From Candidatus Heimdallarchaeota archaeon (GTDB lineage Archaea > Asgardarchaeota > Heimdallarchaeia > Heimdallarchaeales > Heimdallarchaeaceae), in assembly GCA_030668875.1 (NCBI GenBank), contig DAOVER010000020.1, forward strand, positions 26,530-58,529: a stretch of 32,000 nucleotides of DNA. The letters are read 5' to 3'. The translations under genes were made by a program, and so were the position numbers. Below, piece by piece: positions 18,804 through 26,313 of this stretch; position 1 is the stretch's first letter, and each line of letters begins with the position of its first letter. The notes beneath the pieces were generated by a model. That model was given only the letters and a program-made list of their open reading frames with translations, had not been told where the DNA came from and ran no database searches.

Positions 18804-20162
18804 TTAATCTCTTTTCTCTTTATATCTTCTAGGCATGCTTGCTGCTGCTCCAGTCATATCATTACCTGGATCTCTGGGATAAGGAGATAGTCCTCCACCT
18901 CTACCTGATACAGAGCTTGAAAAATCTCTGCCATTGCCATCTTTTAGATTATCATGTTCAATTACTTGGTAAATATCTGCAGAACTCTTTAGTCGTGAAT
19001 AGATATATTTGAAATCTGACACAAAGATAGAAAGAAAGGAAAGCCAACTAGTATCCCCAAAATCATCATAAATCTGATAGGTTCTAATAAAAGGAACTTT
19101 TTTGTAAAATTCCACTAATTCAGATTTAGATACTATTACCACTTGAAGTAAATCGGGATTTTCTACAACCATGCAAGGTCGGATGATTTTATCTTCAACT
19201 AATCTGGATTTTAGCCTAAACAATGTTCTAGCTGAAACATCGTGTGATTCTGCAATGGTTTTGATGTCGGGTCGTTTGAAATCAAGTTCACAATTACGTA
19301 AGAGATGAGATAGATAAGGTTGTTTTTCTGAAGAAACAGTTCTTAGTCCAGTGACTCTAACAGAATCAGAGAGCTTCTTTTGCTTGATAAGGGGTTGTTT
19401 CTTCCAATTGTGAACTGATATTCCTTTGTTCAAGATGTCAGGGTTAAAGTACTTTTTCTTTTCTTTAACATAGTAGAAAGAAGGACCATGTTTTTTTCGC
19501 GTCATTATCCCATGAGTGATTTTCAACTCCGGAAAGAGCTGATAACTATCAATAGGTATGGTATTATCTCCAAAATCAATAGAGCGATTAAAAGCGAAAA
19601 ATTCATGTAAATTAAGTGACCTGTAGGAAATCAAACTACCTAGATAAATGCCACGAGAATTCAGGTGTTTTAATGTCAAACTAACCTTTTTCTCGGAGAT
19701 GCCCAAATCCTTAGCTAGTTGGTTATAAAAGAAAGAAGGAGTTTCCCCAAGAATTTCAATTATCTTTTTTTCTAAAAAGCTTAAATTTAATCCATAGCAT
19801 GTACTGTAAAACGTTTGCTCAAAATACTTGATAACGTTGCTTAAAGTCATATCTCGAGAATATATGACATCATGCAACTTTCTCAATTCCGCCCAGAAAT
19901 TCCTGTAATTCACAAATCGCCAAAATTCATTAGAGTTGATTTTATTATTGCTAAAAAAGTATCTATTAAAGGTGTCTGTAATCTTTGATTTCACTCCAGA
20001 AGAGAACTTGGGAAAACTGGAACCGAAGAGATCTGCAACTTTCGTTTTAGAGAAATGACCAATGGATAAACGAAAATCACTAGCTTCAATAGTTCCATCA
20101 AGTAAAGAGGAAATTAGTGTTGATTCTTTTTCATCGAATATGACGATTTTCTTGTTTTCCAT
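18804..20162 (-). CDS. Large Lrp/AsnC-like regulator with two winged-HTH modules and a low-complexity C-terminal tail
   Basis: HTH1 LEKKIIEILGETPSFFYNQLAKDLGISEKKVSLTLKHL; HTH2 RPDIKTIAESHDVSARTLFRLKSRLVEDKII; tail GRGGGLSPYPRDPGNDMTGAAAS. Confidence 0.65.
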   Translation of the reverse strand: MENKKIVIFDEKESTLISSLLDGTIEASDFRLSIGHFSKTKVADLFGSSFPKFSSGVKSKITDTFNRYFFSNNKINSNEFWRFVNYRNFWAELRKLHDVIYSRDMTLSNVIKYFEQTFYSTCYGLNLSFLEKKIIEILGETPSFFYNQLAKDLGISEKKVSLTLKHLNSRGIYLGSLISYRSLNLHEFFAFNRSIDFGDNTIPIDSYQLFPELKITHGIMTRKKHGPSFYYVKEKKKYFNPDILNKGISVHNWKKQPLIKQKKLSDSVRVTGLRTVSSEKQPYLSHLLRNCELDFKRPDIKTIAESHDVSARTLFRLKSRLVEDKIIRPCMVVENPDLLQVVIVSKSELVEFYKKVPFIRTYQIYDDFGDTSWLSFLSIFVSDFKYIYSRLKSSADIYQVIEHDNLKDGNGRDFSSSVSGRGGGLSPYPRDPGNDMTGAAASMPRRYKEKRD

Positions 20163-20441
20163 TAACTATCCTATATCTATTAGGTACTATGCTATTTAAT
20201 GATTATCATGGGAAAAATTAGCTACTATCATAAAATAATTTAAAAGAAGTATCCGTTATATTAAGTTTTCAAAAAATGTTACTAACAACTTTTGAAAGAA
20301 AGAAACATGAAGTATGATGAAAAACGAGTAAGATGGTAGACAATAATCCCAACAAATTATTTTCAACTGTTGAACCTTCTAACCATAGGTGTGTCTACTT
20401 ACCATAAAGTGGTTGTTCTGCTTGAACTGTTTTTTTAATAG

Positions 20442-20553
20442 AGAGCAAATTTGGGGATTTACTCTGCTTGTTATTTAGCTGGTGGAGCTGGTGGATGAAG
20501 CTCAACAGCTAAGCAGTTTTTCCAATGAAGTGTAAATTTGGGGAATTACACTT
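20442..20553. ncRNA. Putative structured RNA: three hairpins, two sharing a GGGG/CCCC loop motif
   Basis: Stems 20442-20465, 20475-20512, 20528-20553; AAATTTGGGGA(T/A)TTAC at 20447 and 20534 (15/16 identical). Confidence 0.4.
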
Positions 20554-20561
20554 TTCCCATC

Positions 20562-21914
20562 TTATGGTGTGGTTGCAGTTGTATTTCCATTACTAATGTG
20601 TTTATACAGATATGATCCGTTTCCGTTTCCGTTTCCATTGTTACTTCCATATTCAGAAGGAAGATGCTTATTTAGCTGAATCTCTCCAAAACTATTATTC
20701 TTTAGTTTCTTATCAATGCTAGCTAAAACGTTATTGTATAACCAATCTTCATCTATTTTCCAGTATTTGGTGTCCCAACTGAAGTTTTCCATATAGAAAG
20801 GCCACCACATACCGTGTTTGCCAAAGAAGTCGAGTGAGCTAATGGTATAGTCTTTGAAAGTATTCCAAATGATATAATTCAATTTTGTATCGTAATAAGG
20901 TGGAATAGTAAATCTCAAGAAAATGCCATCGTTTAGAAGCTCAAAGCCTGTTTGGAAGGGTGGATCTTCTTCATGCAGAAGTCTAAACAATTGCGCTTTT
21001 TCCTTATTAGGGACATTTCTTATGAGAAATGCTCGAGTAACATGTTGTTCAAAGAGTTTTCTACTGAAATTCCATCTGGGGTTGGTGATAAGATGGTTGC
21101 GAACAACATTGTAGTATTTACGACCAAAATCTACTTTCACATTATGTTCATTACGTGTATCAAAGAATTCGCTTAGATTATTGAAATAGTAACTTTCTGT
21201 ATCAGTTAGCTTTATCTTCTTTCCTAGGTGTTGATAATATTGTCTATAGTGATGTATGAGATCTGTTTGTTTAGTTCTTAAACCGATCTCGTGACCATTC
21301 TTAGTATAGGTAGTAAGATCTCGTAGAAGTAGTATGTGGAGTGGTTCCAGAGAGTCTAATTTTACAGGAGAGGGTAATCTAGGCAAGTCTTCACTCTTTT
21401 CTTCGCGTTTTTGCCAATATGCGACTAGATTGAATATTTCAGGATCTTTTGTATAGTTTGGTAATGGTTCAGGTTTGTTAACCCTATACCCAGTTGCTTT
21501 ATCGACTGTATAGGACTCACAATATTCTTGCTCAACTAAATAGTCTAGATATTTAATAAATAGACCTTTAGCTTCTTCTGGTAAATCAAATACAGCAACC
21601 ATGCCAAATTTTTCTCCATAAAAACGATTGTAGCTTCTAATGTAATCAAAAGAAGAAAGTGCCATCTGTAAGAGAGTAAACTGGTGGAGTTCTGAGATAT
21701 TCATTGTTACAAGATATCTTGTAAGATGTATTCTCTCAGGAACAAATGATGCGATGGGATGATATAGAATTCCTTTCTCTTTTAATGCATTGACGCGCCT
21801 TATCATTGTTTGTGGCGAAATGTTTAGCTTTTGTGCTAATGTGGAAAAAGTTTCGTCTGGATAGTGTTGCAAAACCAATAAGATTTTTCTGTCAAGTATG
21901 TTTAATTGATCCAT
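20562..21914 (-). CDS. Large Lrp/AsnC-family regulator (wHTH plus RAM-like domain, degenerate second module)
   Basis: LDRKILLVLQHYPDETFSTLAQKLNISPQTMIRRVNALKEKGIL is a classic AsnC HTH. The C-terminal (NG)n tail is encoded by (CCGTTT)3 at 20617-20634. Confidence 0.75.
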   Translation of the reverse strand: MDQLNILDRKILLVLQHYPDETFSTLAQKLNISPQTMIRRVNALKEKGILYHPIASFVPERIHLTRYLVTMNISELHQFTLLQMALSSFDYIRSYNRFYGEKFGMVAVFDLPEEAKGLFIKYLDYLVEQEYCESYTVDKATGYRVNKPEPLPNYTKDPEIFNLVAYWQKREEKSEDLPRLPSPVKLDSLEPLHILLLRDLTTYTKNGHEIGLRTKQTDLIHHYRQYYQHLGKKIKLTDTESYYFNNLSEFFDTRNEHNVKVDFGRKYYNVVRNHLITNPRWNFSRKLFEQHVTRAFLIRNVPNKEKAQLFRLLHEEDPPFQTGFELLNDGIFLRFTIPPYYDTKLNYIIWNTFKDYTISSLDFFGKHGMWWPFYMENFSWDTKYWKIDEDWLYNNVLASIDKKLKNNSFGEIQLNKHLPSEYGSNNGNGNGNGSYLYKHISNGNTTATTP

Positions 21915-21958
21915 TTTCTATTCTCCGATTTGTGTTCTTGGATTATTGATGAGAGGTG

Positions 21959-22273
21959 TTTCCAGAAGCAAACTGGAAATAGTAGGGAGATCTGATAAGA
22001 GACAAATGTTTAGAGACCTGGTGAGGAAACTTCGATTTGCCTCATTTTCAGAACTCTTACTAGACCTCGAATTTTGTTTTACGGATAATTGATATCCGCG
22101 GTTTGACCCCTTGCTTGTAAGTTCAATTTATGGTGGATGTACCACCTAACCTCAAATGAAAAACCGTTGCGGGTCTATGACCTCTCTAAGACCCAAGGTT
22201 TTCCTTTCTCGCCGAGAAATTGAGGAAAGGGGGTGGGGTTTTTCTGGCGATCGTGATTTTTTTTATTTTTTTT
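21959..22273. ncRNA. Putative large structured RNA/leader (at least six hairpins) ending in a T-tract on the + strand
   Basis: Stems at 21959-21979, 22022-22044, 22083-22097, 22132-22146, 22171-22194, 22201-22227; long-range pairing 22051-22060/22117-22124; T-run 22257-22273. Confidence 0.45.
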
Positions 22274-22532
22274 AATTAGATATTTGTCCGACAGGTTGAT
22301 CGATTTCTCCATTGACTGGATCTTTGTAGATTTGTCCGACAGGTTGATCGATTTCCCCATTGACTGGATCTCTAACCAGATCGATAGTGTATTCAGAAGT
22401 ATGAACTCCTTTACTATCAATGAATTGATATTCAATTTTATCAAAGTTGGATGTGTTTAGAGCAACTGTGCTCGCAATTACAGCAACTACGCTTAATACT
22501 ATTATAACACCAAATATTTTTTTCGCTTTCAT
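22272..22532 (-). CDS. Small secreted precursor with signal peptide and tandem 16-aa C-terminal repeat
   Basis: MKAKK plus hydrophobic h-region; ends RDPVNGEIDQPVGQIYKDPVNGEIDQPVGQISN; GGTGGA RBS 8 nt upstream and TATA-like TTAAATA. Confidence 0.8.
   Translation of the reverse strand: MKAKKIFGVIIVLSVVAVIASTVALNTSNFDKIEYQFIDSKGVHTSEYTIDLVRDPVNGEIDQPVGQIYKDPVNGEIDQPVGQISN
22282..22371. repeat. Tandem repeat, 2 x 42 bp with 48-bp period, inside the peptide gene
   Basis: 22282-22323 vs 22330-22371, 41/42 identical; the only difference is synonymous (GGA/GGG, Gly) in the 86-aa frame. Confidence 0.95.
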
Positions 22533-22564
22533 TTTGCTTATCCACCAGCTAAATTGAGCTTGTT

Positions 22565-22604
22565 TTACGATTTCTCACGTACTATTTAAGATTTGTTACG
22601 ATTT
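22565..22604 (-). promoter_or_regulatory. Promoter of the peptide gene with direct repeats flanking the TATA box
   Basis: TTACGATTT at 22565-22573 and 22596-22604 (31-bp period) around CTTAAATA (minus strand, 22590-22583). Confidence 0.45.
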
Positions 22605-22840
22605 TCCATTTTCTAGCATTTTTTGGAAAAAAGTAACAAACATATGCCTTACTAAAGGTTCGTTCCTCAATCTATGAATTTATGTCGGAAAATAGTATTA
22701 CTTAGATGATTGTCTAAGTGTAAGGCAACATATGCGTTGGTTTACTTATTTTATAAATAACGAGCTATATGACCGCAATATGTGGGCAATACTGATTACA
22801 CGAAAATTGAGTTTTCTAAAAGAATTGTAGATGATTCTTA

Positions 22841-24013
22841 TTAGGTTTTATAGTGTTTTTTCTTAAGAGCAAATACTAAAGCGCAAAAACTTAATGGAAA
22901 AATTATTGAAATTAATGTGATTGAAGTGCGATTAATATAACCTTCTTCTGACGCCTTAATTATATAATCAGCTGCTAATTCCCTAAATGGAAAATCGCTT
23001 TCATCTAAACTTGAAGTGAACACAGCAACAATATCGTGCTGTGGAATAACCATAATTATTTGTCCTGCCCAACCTAGAGCTAAGTAGGCATCAATTAGGG
23101 GAAATACCTACCATTGATATCCATAATCTGTTCTATCCGATAAATAGATTTTTCCTTCTGAAGCTTGACTGACCCACTCCTCTGAAACAATTTGAGTATC
23201 ATTCCATGTACCGTTATTTAGAAACAAATATCCGCGTTTAGCCATATCTTTTGGCAATAGCTGTAAGCCACTTCAACCGAAGCAAATATCTTGGGGATCT
23301 TCTTCCCAAAAATAACTAGAGAAACCAAGTTTTGAAAAGATATGAGTACTTGCATAACCAAGTGTGGAAATGCCTGTTGCATTTTCAATGATAGCAGATA
23401 AGAGATGTGATCCGCCCGAATTATATTTCCATGTATTTCCTGGTTCGTCTTCCATCGCTTGATTAAGTACGAATTCAACCCAATTAGAACTATCAACCAG
23501 TTGTCTGAAAGTATTTGCAGAATCATAATAAGATATATCTTCATTCCAAGAAATTCCTGAAGTCATGGTTAACAGATGTTCGATGGTTATGTTTTCCTTA
23601 TTTTCTATGTTTGGCACATCAATGTGTCTCAAGAAATCTAGAATTTTCTGATCTACGCTCTCAATATATCCTTCTTCTATAGCTCTACCTATCAGGGTTG
23701 AAGTGAAGCTCTTCGTAACTGAATATACTGGATGTAACGTTTCTGAACTAAATGTTAAATACTCCTCAACGACCAGATAACCGTCTTTTACTATGAGAAC
23801 ACTGTCTACCGCATAATTGTTCTCTTCAATATATTCAAACATTTCAACAATTCTTTCTTCATTCATTCCTGCTTCTTCAAAAGTGGAATGTTGCCATCCA
23901 TCAGTCGGCCAATAGTCTCTCTCAAGACTGCTCTCAGATAATATTATTTGAGTGTTTGATAAAGAAACAATAAACATCATAATTATACAGATAGTGAAAT
24001 ATCTTTTTTTCAA
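22841..24013 (-). pseudogene. Secreted serine hydrolase (beta-lactamase/6-aminohexanoate-dimer-hydrolase-like), disrupted
   Basis: SVTK (SxxK), LLTMTSG and YNS motifs. One 391-codon frame with internal TGA 23273-23275 (..CFG*SGL) and TAG 23108-23110 (GYQW*VF), continuing to LGWAGQ and a C-terminal TM. Confidence 0.9.
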
Positions 24014-24299
24014 ATCTTCACCCTTTATGTCTAAACTTATGCTTCAGACACTAATAAGAGTTAACTTCTCATTTCCAATGATAGAGATTTCAAATAAATA
24101 TTTTAGAATGTTTTCACAGAATATATTTTTACTACTGATTAACGACTAAATTATTACAAAGTAAAAAGAATTTAAGGAAAATTTCCCAACCTACTTCAAA
24201 GTAGTATAATACTAACTAAAATTGTTTTATTGTAATTTTCTTTAATTTTATCTGAACTCTCTCTTTTCTACAATATGGTTACTCATTCATCCTATTATT

Positions 24300-25160
24300 C
24301 TATTCAATTCTTTCTATTTTTCCTTTATTTAATTTTACTTTTACCATTTCAATTGAAGGGATTTTTGGAATTTTTCGCACATTATATGCCATAAATGGGC
24401 TAAAAATCTTCCAATCCATACATGATTTAATTGCTTCCTCGGGGCATTTCAATTCACAATTAAAACAAGAAATACAATTATTACCAAACTTTGGAAATTC
24501 ATTAGTTTCCATGCTTATGTTTTTTGTTGGACAAGAATCTACGCAAATTCCACATTTTGTGCACTTAGATTTATTTACCTTGAAAAAGCGATAATAAAAC
24601 TTTTGAACAAACCATTTTTGAGTTGTAAAACGCTCAATACGATAAATTAATCCAGGTTTTTCATCAAAATCTTCAGGTTTATAGCCTTCGTCATCTATGT
24701 TGGATTTAATGCTTTCACCAAAATTCTTTGCTTCTTCTAAATCTTCATCTTCGGGATGAGATGGGTACGTTTGAACGCCGCGTTTTATATATCCAAAGAA
24801 GTTTCCTTCACCATTGCATTTATAATAACCTACATCTTTTCCACCCCTTTTGTTAAGCTTCTTTCTTATCTGATTTCCAGCATCTCCTATAATAACTCCG
24901 TATACAACAAATGAAAAATATGGGATATTCAATTTCTGTAATGATTTAAGATAATCCGTTATAATAAACGGAGAAGCAAAAAAATACGCAGGTGCGCCTA
25001 TCCCCAAAAGATCATAATTATCAATAGGAGGAACTGATCCATCCTTGATATTATATGTATCCACTTCATAGCCCTTAGTTTCTAATCCTTCCGAGATTTT
25101 ATTTGCAATGCGCTCGGTTGTTCCACCAAGAGAATAATAAACTATTAAACATCTAGACAT
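24300..25160 (-). CDS. EFR1-family flavodoxin-ferredoxin fusion
   Basis: YYSLGGTT flavodoxin loop; C-terminal CTKCGICVDSCP and CISCFNCELKCP 4Fe-4S motifs. ATG 25160 preferred over 25193. Confidence 0.88.
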   Translation of the reverse strand: MSRCLIVYYSLGGTTERIANKISEGLETKGYEVDTYNIKDGSVPPIDNYDLLGIGAPAYFFASPFIITDYLKSLQKLNIPYFSFVVYGVIIGDAGNQIRKKLNKRGGKDVGYYKCNGEGNFFGYIKRGVQTYPSHPEDEDLEEAKNFGESIKSNIDDEGYKPEDFDEKPGLIYRIERFTTQKWFVQKFYYRFFKVNKSKCTKCGICVDSCPTKNISMETNEFPKFGNNCISCFNCELKCPEEAIKSCMDWKIFSPFMAYNVRKIPKIPSIEMVKVKLNKGKIERIE

Positions 25161-25574
25161 ATCTAATTTCACCAAATAGGATTGTTTTCTCATAAATATA
25201 TAAAGATTGTTCCGAAAAACATCCTCTTACAGTAGATTTGTCCGATATCTTGCAAAATTGACACGAATGAATCTTTTGACTGTTTTCTTGTCATTTGTTC
25301 TATCCTTTTTCACTGTTTAAACCCAACTATTCCTATGAAAAATAGATATTTACTATATCTTATTCAAAGAAGACGATCACATGTAATAAATCATCTGTAC
25401 TAAGATAACAGTAGAAAACCATTGCTTTGAGACATTTTCTAAACCTGAAGAGAAAAAGCATCAGAGAATTTCCCATTTAGATGTTATTCTGCTTAGTAGG
25501 TCCAGAATCTTATTTATTCCTTCTTTTCAATACATAATAACTTATTCAAAATAATTTTTTATATATTGGGAATT

Positions 25575-26144
25575 TTAGAATAGTTTCCACAGAACATATT
25601 GTTGACTTTCTAGTTCAAACAGAAACACTTGTTTTTCTTTAACTTTTTCTATCTCTTTTATCTCTTTTTGAGATGATCTCATGCCTAAGAAATACAGATG
25701 CTCATAAGGCCATTCTTTTTCAAACCAAGCAATTAGCTCCTTGAGTAATTTCTCATAAAGACCAATTTCCCATCCACTTGGTGTAATCCAGAATGAAATA
25801 CCTGGATCCGTTTCTGCAATTCCTAATTGTTCTATCACTCTTTCATTAAAGAATGCAAATTTTAAGAAAGGAGACAGTGGTTTGACAAATAAACAACCAT
25901 AACAAATGGTTTCATTTGCATCCAATATCGTAAAAGCAAATTCTTTTTTGTCATTATGATCTCGTTCATGTCTAGAGATTTGTTCAAGATTCTCTTCTTT
26001 AGGAAACCCTTCAGGTCTAAAGCCACTTTCAATTACTGCTTGATAGTCAAGCTCATTATCAGTACCTTTCAATTGTCTAATTTTGATATTATCAAAAATC
26101 AATTCCTCAGGGATTTCTTTGCCTTCTGGGAAAAATGATACCAT
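25575..26144 (-). CDS. GNAT/RimJ-like acetyltransferase-fold protein
   Basis: KIRQLKGTDNELDYQAV...FAFTILDANETICYGCLFVKP...ISFWI...LLKELIAWFEKEWPY pattern. Confidence 0.6.
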   Translation of the reverse strand: MVSFFPEGKEIPEELIFDNIKIRQLKGTDNELDYQAVIESGFRPEGFPKEENLEQISRHERDHNDKKEFAFTILDANETICYGCLFVKPLSPFLKFAFFNERVIEQLGIAETDPGISFWITPSGWEIGLYEKLLKELIAWFEKEWPYEHLYFLGMRSSQKEIKEIEKVKEKQVFLFELESQQYVLWKLF

Positions 26145-26213
26145 GATGGCAATAGCTAATTTTGGACACTTAATAGATTTTCTAAGGATGTTTGTATTAA
26201 TTAGTAAGAAAAA

Positions 26214-26248
26214 GAAGGGATAAAATGTCTGTTTAGTTTTATTCTTGT
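26214..26248. repeat. Direct repeat X1 (left boundary of TA cassette)
   Basis: GAAGGGATAAAATGTCTGTTTAGTTTTATTCTTGT vs 27580-27613: 2 substitutions and 1 indel. Confidence 0.8.
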
Positions 26249-26313
26249 ATAAATGAATTTTGTACTAATTTTAGAGCAGTGATTGGTTTTGCATCTGCAT
26301 CCATGTTAATCAT

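Noticed and set aside
22021-22035. GAGGAAAC resembling the RNase P RNA P4 strand, and CTGATAA...GAAA resembling a hammerhead core
   Set aside because: The required partner motifs (3' P4 strand; CUGANGA consensus with closing stems) were not found.
22175-22444. 89-aa ORF with a repeated IQSMxKSINLSDK
   Set aside because: Alternative frame of the same 48-bp repeat. The 86-aa frame has the signal peptide and RBS, and the single repeat difference is synonymous there but non-synonymous (G/E) in this frame.
11422-22549. GCTGGTGG (E. coli Chi octamer) at 11422, 14662, 20478, 20487 and on the minus strand at 22549-22542
   Set aside because: Chi function needs RecBCD, which is not an archaeal system. 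The copies are better explained as coding sequence, RBS, or parts of the structured elements reported above.
23108-23275. Stop-codon recoding (Sec, Pyl or alternative genetic code) to explain in-frame TGA/TAG
   Set aside because: The stops replace Gly and Trp and are each one substitution away; a TAA lesion occurs in another gene; TGA and TAG terminate normal genes here; no SECIS-like element recognised.
23218-23544. 108-aa minus-strand ORF and the 70-aa ORF 22841-23053 as independent genes
   Set aside because: The first is an out-of-frame shadow; the second is the in-frame C-terminus of the serine hydrolase pseudogene.
25232-25245. 14-bp match GTAGATTTGTCCGA to the peptide-gene repeat (22326-22339)
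   Set aside because: Isolated match with no flanking similarity; several 14-mer matches are expected by chance in 32 kb of AT-rich DNA.
25194-25574. Short ORFs (34-38 aa) in the 380-bp intergenic gap, and a 17-aa ORF near 29723-29776
   Set aside because: No motif, no clear RBS/promoter pairing, and lengths expected by chance.
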